Below, one piece after another: positions 17,565-26,370 of a stretch of 32,000 nucleotides of DNA. Position numbers and translations under genes: made by a program. The stretch covers positions 120,001 to 152,000 of the forward strand of contig JASBSB010000006.1 in the NCBI GenBank assembly GCA_030149205.1, read 5' to 3'. The number at the start of each line of letters is the position of its first letter. The stretch's first letter is position 1. The notes beneath the pieces were generated by a model. It was not told the DNA's origin. It searched no databases and saw nothing but the letters and a program-made list of their open reading frames with translations. Origin of the DNA: Candidatus Heimdallarchaeota archaeon. GTDB lineage: Archaea; Asgardarchaeota; Heimdallarchaeia; Heimdallarchaeales; Kariarchaeaceae.

Positions 17565-18380
17565 TTATGCTGCAAAAATAGACCCAATGGTTTCTGATCC
17601 TTCTAATTTCTTTGTGTCCTCATAAATATTATAAGAGATGAAGACTGGACTGATATCACTTATCTGTTGAAGGGTTGTTGTGATACGATCCTTCATAATC
17701 TGTATCTCAAGCTCTCCATCAATATATGATTTTGAAGACAAAGATAAAGAAATTGAATTTTTAGGACCCAATACTAGTTTTGATGATAATGACCCAGTTG
17801 TTGAAATCCATTCTATCTCAAATGAATCATCATATTCTGTCTTAGAGACAAATCTAAAGTCACCAAACCATTTCCCAACAAATTGTTCTCCTAACTCTTT
17901 TAGACCTTGTTTATCCATCTCAATATTGGAGGTGAGAGTTCCAGAAATCACATGGGTCACGATGTTTTCATTAAACCTCTTTAAGGACTGAAATTTATCT
18001 GCTAATTTTAGTGATAATAATAAACCTGTTTCAGTTATTTGGTAACCGTTTTCAGTCTTTTGAATTAAATCCTTTTCAGATAATCTTTTTAATGCTTTGG
18101 TTAATCTGGCTTGATGGAGGTTGATCTTACGTTTCAATCCTTGGAAACTTACAATCAAGTCACCTTCTTGTTCAACTAGATCACTTACAGTTGTTAATGC
18201 ACCAAGGAAATCCAAAACTACAAATTCCTCAGATGTTAACTGCTCTTCCGTATAGAGTTTGTTTATCATGGTAGAATCAAATGAGTTTGTCTCTAGTGGT
18301 CTAAGCAATGCTGTTGTACGGAGAGCAGCCTCACTGTTTTTTACTGATCGAATCTCCATTGACATATCCTTCTTTAGCAC
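17565..18380 (-). CDS. Winged helix-turn-helix (MarR-like) domain protein with C-terminal domain of unknown function
   Basis: SFQGLKRKINLHQARLTKALKRLSEKDLIQKTENGYQITETG wHTH. Confidence 0.7.
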   Translation of the reverse strand: MLKKDMSMEIRSVKNSEAALRTTALLRPLETNSFDSTMINKLYTEEQLTSEEFVVLDFLGALTTVSDLVEQEGDLIVSFQGLKRKINLHQARLTKALKRLSEKDLIQKTENGYQITETGLLLSLKLADKFQSLKRFNENIVTHVISGTLTSNIEMDKQGLKELGEQFVGKWFGDFRFVSKTEYDDSFEIEWISTTGSLSSKLVLGPKNSISLSLSSKSYIDGELEIQIMKDRITTTLQQISDISPVFISYNIYEDTKKLEGSETIGSIFAA

Positions 18381-18582
18381 ACCGAGGTATATTAATGTGA
18401 GTATCTTACCCTCAGTACAATAGCACTTTTCATTAATAATCTTGGTACAATTATTTCTTGCGTGTCCACTCTTAAAAACCCTTTCAAAACAGAAATTGTC
18501 AGCGAGTTCTATAGAGTCTGAAGATTAATTCATGCTAATATCTAATTTTTTTTTAACAATGATGATGCTTGAACATTTGTAA

Positions 18583-19491
18583 GTGAATAATTTATCCTCT
18601 CGATATGCTCTGGAGATGATCAACCTTAAGGATGATGAAATCAAAGAATTTCTCTTTTATAACAAATTATGGGTGAAAGAGGATGATCAGAGGGGAATAA
18701 AGACTGAGATAAATAAAATTAAGAAAAACAGTGCACATATTGACTATTGTTGGATCTATTTAGATGATGAAAAAGTTGGTGTTGTCCGAATTCGTAAGGG
18801 GAGCTTCTTTCGATTTGGTCTGAAACCTGATATTCAGAGGGAACATATTCCCTTCATCCTTGAGATTATAATAAAAGACGTAAATATTTGGAGACCAAAA
18901 AAACTAGAGGCTTTCGTTCACGAGGATTATAAGACTTACTTGTTAGATAGAGGGTTTAAAGAGGAATATTCAAGGTTAATGATGGAACTTGACCCAAGAT
19001 TACAGAAGCATCCCCCAGAATTGAACGGATGGAACATTGAGTCCTTAAATTGGAGAAGAGTTAATAAAATAGCAGAGCTCTTTCAGGATGCATATTCTAA
19101 CTCTATTGATGAGTTAATTGGGATGTTTAACCCAACCTATTCTAAATATATTTTGAGTGTTATTAAGAAGGGAGAGTTTGGGAAGGTTAACAAGGAGTTT
19201 TCATACTTTGTTAAACAAGACAAAGAGTATGTGGCGGGATTGATTTGTACTGAATATCAGAATGAGTTATTTTTAGTAATTATCGGAGTAAAAAGAGCCT
19301 TTCAGGCCAAAGGTTTAGGAAAAAACCTAATTTTAAAACTAATTGAAGATATTAACAAATCAGAGGGTTTTGATAAAATCACTCTCTGGGTGACATTTGA
19401 GAACACTAATGCCCGAGAGCTTTACTTAAAAATTGGATTTAACCAGGTCTTTAGGGTATATGCATTATCAATTGACCCTAATTTGATTTAG
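18583..19491 (+). CDS. GNAT family N-acetyltransferase (tandem-domain)
   Basis: C-terminal IIGVKRAFQAKGLGKNL (motif A) and LWVTFENTNARELYLKIGF (motif B); degenerate N-terminal GNAT domain. Confidence 0.85.
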   Translation: MNNLSSRYALEMINLKDDEIKEFLFYNKLWVKEDDQRGIKTEINKIKKNSAHIDYCWIYLDDEKVGVVRIRKGSFFRFGLKPDIQREHIPFILEIIIKDVNIWRPKKLEAFVHEDYKTYLLDRGFKEEYSRLMMELDPRLQKHPPELNGWNIESLNWRRVNKIAELFQDAYSNSIDELIGMFNPTYSKYILSVIKKGEFGKVNKEFSYFVKQDKEYVAGLICTEYQNELFLVIIGVKRAFQAKGLGKNLILKLIEDINKSEGFDKITLWVTFENTNARELYLKIGFNQVFRVYALSIDPNLI

Positions 19492-21043
19492 AAGGGTGAT
19501 ATATAACTTTCCCATTGACATAAACTGATTCAATTTGAGTTGTTGGAATAAGGCTCGGATCAGCAAGAAAATTTTTAGAAAAAATATTAAAGTCAGCGAA
19601 ATACCCCGTTTTCAGTTTCCCTATTCTGTTTTCTTCATGGACATTAAAGGAAGGTGAGTGTGTAAATAGCTTAACTGCATTCTCAATAGATATTGCTTCT
19701 TCAGAATTCCAACTAGAATCTTGTTCATATGATTTCCTGAATACGGCTGCATAAATCCCAGAAAGGGGATCAGGGAGTTCAATTGGAGCATCAGATCCAC
19801 CACTCACATGAATACCAGATTCAATCAAAGTTCTCCATGCATACGACAATTTGGCTCTATCTCCAAGTCTTTGCTCTGCCCACACCCTGTCTGTCGGCAA
19901 GAAGGCTGGTTGGATATTTGCGATAGCATTGGTTTGTAAAAAAAGCTCAATTATATTGGGATTAATCACCTGAACATGTGTTACGATAGGACGTGATGAG
20001 CTCCCATAAACCTCCTGATAAATTTTTAACACATTTTGACAGGCTAGGTCACCAATTGCATGAGTTTCTATATCCCAACCACTCTTTCTTATGTGATCCA
20101 CCTTAGAGCGAAGGGTTTCGAAATCATCAATTAGTATTCCTCTCCCATCAGAACCAGATCCAGAGCCATCATAGTAGGGCTCAATGAGAGCGGCAGTTGA
20201 TGCACCCAATGATCCATCAGCAAAAAGTTTCACTCGTTCAGCCCTAAGAAGGCCTGTTTCCTCTTTGGGTTTGGGTGATTGGTTCATGTCTATCTCTTTA
20301 TAAGGAATTGTTAGGAAAACTCGAATGTTTAGCTGATTTGAATCCACCAAGAATTTATAGAGGAACCAAGCGTTCGAGTCATTAGTTTGGACTGAAGTTA
20401 TTCCAACTTTTGTTACCTCTGCCAACCCCTGTTTTAGGGTTTCTACTCTGTTTTCGAAAGAGTCTATCTCTAGTTCACTTTTTACAAGTTGTAAAGCATT
20501 TTCTCTAATTACACCAGTTAGTTCACCATTTATTGAATCTAACTCTCCTCCTTCAATTTTAGTTGAAACGGTCAGGCCTAATTCATTTATGGCTGGTGTG
20601 TTGATTACAGCTATGTGATTACAAGCTCTGAACAGTATTACTGGAAGGGTTCCTTCTACTTCATCTAAATCGGCTCTTGTTGGATAACGGTTCTCCACAA
20701 AAAGGTCTTGATCCCAACCGTGACCTACAATCCATTTATCATTTTTATGGTGCTTTGTAAATTCAAGAAGTGCTGTCTTTAAACTGTCAATACTTGAAAT
20801 CCCGTTTAAGTGCAACCTCCTCTTTTGTAATCCAATGTTGTATACATGTATGTGTCCATCATGGAATCCCGGTAGAACAAACTTGTTTTTTAAATCATAA
20901 GTATTTCTCACTTTTGGCTCACGGTCATTCCCGGTTGATTCAATACGACCATCGTCATTAACAAGCATCCAAGTTACGAATGAATCACCATCAAAAATTT
21001 GTCCGTTTCTAAAAAGTATCATGTCTGTTCTTGTTTTGCTCAA
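19478..21043 (-). CDS. Amidohydrolase 3 family (YtcJ-like) metal-dependent hydrolase
   Basis: PGFHDGHIH, VKLFADGSLG, HAIGD, THVQ and GGSDAP motifs; metal ligands intact. Confidence 0.92.
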   Translation of the reverse strand: MSKTRTDMILFRNGQIFDGDSFVTWMLVNDDGRIESTGNDREPKVRNTYDLKNKFVLPGFHDGHIHVYNIGLQKRRLHLNGISSIDSLKTALLEFTKHHKNDKWIVGHGWDQDLFVENRYPTRADLDEVEGTLPVILFRACNHIAVINTPAINELGLTVSTKIEGGELDSINGELTGVIRENALQLVKSELEIDSFENRVETLKQGLAEVTKVGITSVQTNDSNAWFLYKFLVDSNQLNIRVFLTIPYKEIDMNQSPKPKEETGLLRAERVKLFADGSLGASTAALIEPYYDGSGSGSDGRGILIDDFETLRSKVDHIRKSGWDIETHAIGDLACQNVLKIYQEVYGSSSRPIVTHVQVINPNIIELFLQTNAIANIQPAFLPTDRVWAEQRLGDRAKLSYAWRTLIESGIHVSGGSDAPIELPDPLSGIYAAVFRKSYEQDSSWNSEEAISIENAVKLFTHSPSFNVHEENRIGKLKTGYFADFNIFSKNFLADPSLIPTTQIESVYVNGKVIYHPSKSN

Positions 21044-21076
21044 TATTAGAAAATTAGGATGAAGGTATAATAAAAA

Positions 21077-21412
21077 TCAAGAGGTTAAAGGTTGCTCTGA
21101 TTTCATTTTAATCGGTTCTTCGGGAATTACAAACATTGCTATCAAGTAGGCAATGGCAACAGATCCACCTGTAAACAACAATAGCAGTACTGTAATCAAT
21201 CGAACAAGCGTTGGATCTTCCCCCATATAGTCAGCAAGTCCTGCACAGACACCAGCTATCATTTGGTTGTTTCGAGACCTATAAAGTTTTTTCGGAGAAC
21301 TCTGGGTTGGTCTATTCAAATCATTCATCTGATATCCACAGTTTGTACAAAACTTTGCTGAATCCTTAAGGATAGTTCCACAATCAGGACATATCATAAT
21401 TTTATTACACAT
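21077..21412 (-). CDS. pspC: Zinc-ribbon-PspC domain membrane protein
   Basis: CPDCG...KFCTNCG zinc ribbon followed by KLYRSRNNQMIAGVCAGLADYMGEDPTLVRL...AYLIAMFVIPEEP (PspC). Confidence 0.88.
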   Translation of the reverse strand: MCNKIMICPDCGTILKDSAKFCTNCGYQMNDLNRPTQSSPKKLYRSRNNQMIAGVCAGLADYMGEDPTLVRLITVLLLLFTGGSVAIAYLIAMFVIPEEPIKMKSEQPLTS

Positions 21413-21450
21413 AAGTATTATTTTAAGGTTTTGAATTAATTAAATTTCCG

Positions 21451-22755
21451 TCAAGACCCTTGTTTCTTCAGATTCTCCATCTTTTTTGCATGTACTTCCT
21501 GTACCTCATGTTTGCCATTCAGATGACCACCTCCCTGTAATCTGGATATAATCGGAAAATATAATGGGTTAACTTTTCCTGCTGCTTTTGAAGCAAAAGG
21601 GGTCCCAACTAAAGGCATGAAGGTATGAGAGTGAATTTTTGCACCCATTTCCACAAGACTCTCCATTAAAGATATTGTGAGAAGAATATCCTCCTCCAGC
21701 TCTCCCGGTAACCCAAAGATTATGTCAACATCTACTTGAAATCCAGCATCTAAAAGGAGTCTAGTTGCTCGGAGGACCTCAGCTGAGGAATGACCTCTGT
21801 CACTTAATTTAAGTAAATTATCGGAACCTGATTGACCACCTAATATTACTTTCTTACTATCAGAAAATTCTCTCATAATTTTCACAGAGTCTAAGTTTAT
21901 TGTTTCTGGACGTACCTCAGATGGAAAAGATCCAAAAAACACCTTTCCAGAAATTGGAAGGGCTTTACGAACCCCCTTCAACATCCTTGCCAATTCTCCC
22001 AAATTTAATGATCTACCATCACTTGATGCGTAGGACAATGCATTGGGCGATATAAATCGTATTTGTGTTCTATCTTTAAAGTATTCAACTAGGATCTTAA
22101 CATATTTCCAAATAAGTTCAGGGCTCCTGTGTCTTACACTAAGACCTTTTGACCTAATCTGACAAAATCTACACTTCCAAGCACACCCTCTTGTAATCTC
22201 AATGGGTCGAAATAATTTATGTTTTACAGAAAATGGAGGGTACATATCTAAGTCAATTTGTGGTGGTTTAGGTGTCTTTTCCATTTCTCCGTCGTTATTT
22301 AGATAAGCCAATCCTCTCACTTCGTTAACTTTTCGATCTTGAAAAACTTGCCACATTAAAAATTCAACCAGTGTAATTTCACCTTCTCCCAAACACACGT
22401 AATCCGCATGGTTCTGGAGTGCTGAAAAAGGAGCACCACTAGGATGAGGCCCTCCCACTAAGGTAACTGTCTCTTTTCCCAGAGCATGTAGCTGAGATTG
22501 TAGTTCTTTGAGGTTACGGCCGATTGTTTCATACTGTGTAGAAAAGTAGCTTGCTGCAATAATAACTTTATTAATTTCTTCTCCTAGCTCATAAATCTCT
22601 TTAAATTCTGAATTCACTCTTGGTAAAACTATTCTTAAATCCCTCAATATTGGATGAATATCAAGTGATGCGATTAGTGCACTAATCGCATTTGCATTGA
22701 TTCTTGAATAAAAAAAATATAAAACAACATCATTAAGCTTAGAGGTTAAAATCAA
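21451..22755 (-). CDS. B12-binding-like domain / radical SAM protein (archaeal MJ1487/TIGR04013-like)
   Basis: VGGPHPSG, GEGE, EITRGCAWKCRFCQ (CxxxCxxC), SEVRPE and HTFMPLVGTP motifs. Confidence 0.85.
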   Translation of the reverse strand: MILTSKLNDVVLYFFYSRINANAISALIASLDIHPILRDLRIVLPRVNSEFKEIYELGEEINKVIIAASYFSTQYETIGRNLKELQSQLHALGKETVTLVGGPHPSGAPFSALQNHADYVCLGEGEITLVEFLMWQVFQDRKVNEVRGLAYLNNDGEMEKTPKPPQIDLDMYPPFSVKHKLFRPIEITRGCAWKCRFCQIRSKGLSVRHRSPELIWKYVKILVEYFKDRTQIRFISPNALSYASSDGRSLNLGELARMLKGVRKALPISGKVFFGSFPSEVRPETINLDSVKIMREFSDSKKVILGGQSGSDNLLKLSDRGHSSAEVLRATRLLLDAGFQVDVDIIFGLPGELEEDILLTISLMESLVEMGAKIHSHTFMPLVGTPFASKAAGKVNPLYFPIISRLQGGGHLNGKHEVQEVHAKKMENLKKQGS

Positions 22756-22804
22756 CTAGTACACCTTTCCTAAGCAAATAATGGTTTAACAAGTAGTTCA
22801 TTCA

Positions 22805-23617
22805 TCACAAATCAGTCTGTCCTAAATCAACAGTAACGTTTTGACCAGTTATAACATTTGTAGTTAGAAGAAGAGCTAAGACTGGAAACATGTCTTCTGT
22901 GTTTAATTCCCCTCTAAGAGGATTCTTTTGCTTAACTAGATCTATTTCTGACTGAATACTACTGGAATTCTTCTCTGCTTTCAATTCAAGTTCCTCAATA
23001 TGTCTTGCAGTCATTACATACCCTGGAACAATTCCGTTGACCAAAATATTAAAATCTGCTCCTTCTTTTGCTAAAGCTTTAACCAGCATATGAACTCCTG
23101 CTTTGGCAACTGCGTAAGGAAGTTTATAGCCACTGGGCTTTATACCTGTCGTTGATCCAAAGAAAACCATGTGCCCACCATCACTGTTTTGTAACCAGTC
23201 AAAGATGTATTTTGAAAAAGTGTATGCAGAGGTCAAATTTAGATTGAGAACTTTAGTAAATTCCTCAGTTTTTAGTTTGCTAACAGGTTTGTTGAACAGG
23301 CTTCCACCAACCAAATGAATAAATCCATCTAGCTTTGGATATTTTAATCTCGCAGATTTTATTGCCCCAGCAATTGACTCAGTATTGAAATAATCACAAT
23401 AGAAAAAATCCAGAAGATCTTGAGGGTATCTGGCTTTAATTTTATTGGTGAATTGTTCACTGTTCTTTCCACCGAACCCTATAACTTGATACTCATTGTC
23501 TAGGAGGTATTCAGTGAACTCTTGACCCATATTACTCCCAATGGCTGAAATTGCAATTATTCGTTTATCCGAAGGAAGAATGATATCCTCTGCTTGAACC
23601 TCATTTGAACCAATCAT
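22805..23617 (-). CDS. Short-chain dehydrogenase/reductase (SDR)
   Basis: Catalytic YAVAK, VLNLNL, VNGIVPG and ITGQNVTVDLG; glycine-rich loop is atypical (SAIGSNMG). Confidence 0.88.
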   Translation of the reverse strand: MIGSNEVQAEDIILPSDKRIIAISAIGSNMGQEFTEYLLDNEYQVIGFGGKNSEQFTNKIKARYPQDLLDFFYCDYFNTESIAGAIKSARLKYPKLDGFIHLVGGSLFNKPVSKLKTEEFTKVLNLNLTSAYTFSKYIFDWLQNSDGGHMVFFGSTTGIKPSGYKLPYAVAKAGVHMLVKALAKEGADFNILVNGIVPGYVMTARHIEELELKAEKNSSSIQSEIDLVKQKNPLRGELNTEDMFPVLALLLTTNVITGQNVTVDLGQTDL

Positions 23618-23764
23618 AGATGAAATTTCTAATAATTTAATTTAAGATTTTGGGAATATCTTACCTTGTCAGCAGTTGTGGAATTTATCATACAAGTCGG
23701 ATGTTGTCATTCAAAATCTTTAAGTTTACCCTGAATTACCCAAAGATGGGACTCAGTCCCATTT

Positions 23765-23869
23765 GGCTTGGTGGTGCAGTTAGGTCAAACATTTGAGACT
23801 CTCAATTTACAAGGGAACTCTCAAGACCCGGGTTCAAAATACAAATCTATGAAAATCCCGGCCAAGTCA
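23765..23869 (+). tRNA. trnE: tRNA-Glu (anticodon CUC) with two introns: 23805-23817 (37/38) and 23839-23855 (59/60)
   Basis: Acceptor GGCTTGG/CCAAGTC plus A73; D arm GTGC..ACAT; anticodon stem TGAGA/TCTCA with mature loop CTCTCAC; T arm CCGGG/CCCGG with mature loop TTCAAAT. Each insertion forms a BHB-type central 4-bp helix (CUCU:AGGG; UUCA:UGAA) with 3-nt bulges. Mature length 75 nt; CCA not encoded. Confidence 0.92.
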
Positions 23870-23904
23870 TCAAATTTATGTTACCTTACCTTATTCATAA
23901 TTTA

Positions 23905-24384
23905 CTATTCAAACTCTTCATCGAGATAATCTGTGGAAATTTTTTGTTGTTCCTTGTTGGATTCATACTCTTCCCATAACCGTTGTGACACATAGATTGG
24001 CGCATCATTAACAACAGCCAACAATGTCGCATTACTTGGAATCATTGAGAAAGCTACACTTCGCTCGAAACCTTCAGGTGTCAACCATATAGTTGCCTGA
24101 TATACTGAAGTTCCAGGAACAGTCGCATCAATTTCCACTCTATCAACCACTGCAAGCTGCCCTACAAGATCATAAATTCTTAAACGTGAATCCTTGTCAA
24201 CCTCCTTTGATTGGTGTGCTGAGATAGCAACTGCAATATCAACAGGAATCATACTCATTAAAAAATCGCGACCATTCTCCAAAATGAACCTTAGAAAGGG
24301 TAAAGTAGCTTGATCAACGACAAAGTTCGGGTTAGAGAGGGTTAAAACTTGAACTTTCTGAACTAGCAGATATTCATCAACCAT
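23905..24384 (-). CDS. DUF151 / bifunctional nuclease (BFN) domain-like protein, divergent
   Basis: Layout ...FLMSMIPVDIAVAI...RLRIYDLV...VEID...YQATIWL...IPSNATLLAVVNDAPIYVSQRL matches DUF151; acidic tail. Confidence 0.7.
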   Translation of the reverse strand: MVDEYLLVQKVQVLTLSNPNFVVDQATLPFLRFILENGRDFLMSMIPVDIAVAISAHQSKEVDKDSRLRIYDLVGQLAVVDRVEIDATVPGTSVYQATIWLTPEGFERSVAFSMIPSNATLLAVVNDAPIYVSQRLWEEYESNKEQQKISTDYLDEEFE

Positions 24385-24467
24385 TTTCTTCTATATATGT
24401 TATATCAATCCGACTTGAAAAGCTTTACCCTTTAAGAAAATCACTTCATGTTCATTTTTAATCAAAA

Positions 24468-25283
24468 TCAACTTAAAAGGACAACCACTCCAATTAATAG
24501 ATCACTTAGAATCATTGGTGTTGCCAGAAACAAACTTGTTCTAAATTCAAACCCTTGAAAATATTTAATTGAAATCGCAGATACAATTAACCCTGAAAAT
24601 ACGGTGATGGTGAAAATTATATTGAATGCTAAAAGATTAAGATAGATGTTTTGTAAGTACAATACATAGACACTCACACCCATTAATGCTCCTGGAACCA
24701 TACTAATTATCCTAACCGTCAGTACTGGTACTCTTAATGATTCCTGAGGAAATCTTAACATGAACAATTCACTCATCAGGAGTATAACAAAACCTATTAC
24801 AAACGCAGATAAATCGTAATAGAAGGAGAAAGGAAACTTTACACGGTATAATGCGCTGCCAGCGAATGCGACTCCCGATATTCCCAGCAGAATACTTACT
24901 GCAAGAATGATTAATCCCCAGAATAGTCCCATCCCTGACTCCCAAAACTTACTATAATCCACTGGTTGACCCGATTCATCTGTTGTGGATTCTGTACTTA
25001 TCCTGCTGACATGTGCCTTTTGTTGTATATTCATGAAATTTATCAGACCTTGTTCCTCAGCAAGTGTTCTTCCTAAACTTGTCAGTGAGTATAAACCGCT
25101 TTCTTTCTTTTCAACCAATGGATCTAAAACTTTGAGATGGTGATAAAGAGACCCGGGTTTAAGCCTTGTATGAGAAATTAACTGTGAATAGCTTCTAGGT
25201 TCTGAGAATAGGAATATGACAATCTCTTTACGTGTTTTGTTTTTTATCTTTGGCAAAATATCCAGATAATCAATTTTATCCAT
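24468..25283 (-). CDS. ArsR-like wHTH transcription regulator fused to a multi-pass membrane domain
   Basis: NKTRKEIVIFL...RSYSQL...KPGSLYHHLKVLDPLV...YSLTSLG wHTH, followed by about 5-6 TM helices. Confidence 0.8.
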   Translation of the reverse strand: MDKIDYLDILPKIKNKTRKEIVIFLFSEPRSYSQLISHTRLKPGSLYHHLKVLDPLVEKKESGLYSLTSLGRTLAEEQGLINFMNIQQKAHVSRISTESTTDESGQPVDYSKFWESGMGLFWGLIILAVSILLGISGVAFAGSALYRVKFPFSFYYDLSAFVIGFVILLMSELFMLRFPQESLRVPVLTVRIISMVPGALMGVSVYVLYLQNIYLNLLAFNIIFTITVFSGLIVSAISIKYFQGFEFRTSLFLATPMILSDLLIGVVVLLS

Positions 25284-25317
25284 TTCAAAACCTAATTTTC
25301 AATGTTGTACGTAATTA

Positions 25318-26370
25318 TTAACTTCTTCTTCGATACACAACCAACGTAACTAATATCAATGCAGTTGCACTAATTAAGCCTAATGCAGTTGGTGACATAA
25401 ATACGTCCATGAAAGATGGGGATGTTGTACTAGCGGAGCTTGTTGGTGCAAAAGCTGTATTTAACACTAAAACTGCGGTAGGAGAGACTCCAATAGAAGG
25501 ATCGTAAGATATTGAGGATCCATGTGCAAAAGTTAGAGCGAATACTTTGCTATCACCAACAGCATTGGCTAAAACAGGAGTGACCTTCCCGTCAACTTGT
25601 GCTGTTTTATCCCATTTGAAGAACATTGGAACATGCGAGTTAGAATCATTCATTTGAGTTCCGTTAAAATTCCCTTTAGAATCCATATGACCCTTGGTTC
25701 GAGCTTCATCCATCATATTTTGTCGTCCATTATCAGAGTTACCTATTTTATGTAAGACAGCTAATTTTGATGCGCTAGAGATGTATGGGTAATTCAGATA
25801 GAGAGACCATTTCCAAGCGAAGGGTGTAGATGTGGTGGTCTTATTTACTTCAAGCACCATTTTAAAAACATTGGAACTTTTACTTGTAATTTCATAAACT
25901 GTTGAGTTACTAGTCATAGTTTTCTTAACTGGGTTTAAGGTTGTAGAATTAAGACTAAACTCTGAGAGTATAGTTGAATTTTGACGATATTGCGTTGTAC
26001 CATTAAATTCAACAAGTTTTGTTAGGGATACAGAGAAGGTATTAGAGTACTGTGACTCCATGTTACGACTACCAGAATCTGCCATATGAGTCCTCATGGT
26101 ATTAGAGGGCGAAGCAGATATTGTAAGTGTAATCTGAGAGGTGATAGTTACAGTTCCAGTAACATTCATACCTGTTCCATTGTTGTGAAATCCATTGTCT
26201 CCAAATTGGACATGATCCATTCCTGAGGGGTTGTTGTGTCCAGGAGGAGACATCGGAGGTTCAGTAGGCCGATTAGTTGGTTGATGGTCTCCTTGTGCAA
26301 ATGCAGCACTGAAACCAAACAACAAAACTAATGAGAGGGTGAAAGCAATCAATAATCGTGTTGATTTCAT
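25318..26370 (-). CDS. Secreted type I membrane-anchored surface (glyco)protein
   Basis: Signal peptide ending AAFA, beta-rich body, nine N-X-S/T sequons, Ser/Thr linker, C-terminal TM and RRRS tail. Confidence 0.8.
   Translation of the reverse strand: MKSTRLLIAFTLSLVLLFGFSAAFAQGDHQPTNRPTEPPMSPPGHNNPSGMDHVQFGDNGFHNNGTGMNVTGTVTITSQITLTISASPSNTMRTHMADSGSRNMESQYSNTFSVSLTKLVEFNGTTQYRQNSTILSEFSLNSTTLNPVKKTMTSNSTVYEITSKSSNVFKMVLEVNKTTTSTPFAWKWSLYLNYPYISSASKLAVLHKIGNSDNGRQNMMDEARTKGHMDSKGNFNGTQMNDSNSHVPMFFKWDKTAQVDGKVTPVLANAVGDSKVFALTFAHGSSISYDPSIGVSPTAVLVLNTAFAPTSSASTTSPSFMDVFMSPTALGLISATALILVTLVVYRRRS

Noticed and set aside
18559-18620. ATGATGA resembling a box C of a C/D sRNA
   Set aside because: No CTGA box D at a suitable distance and no terminal stem.
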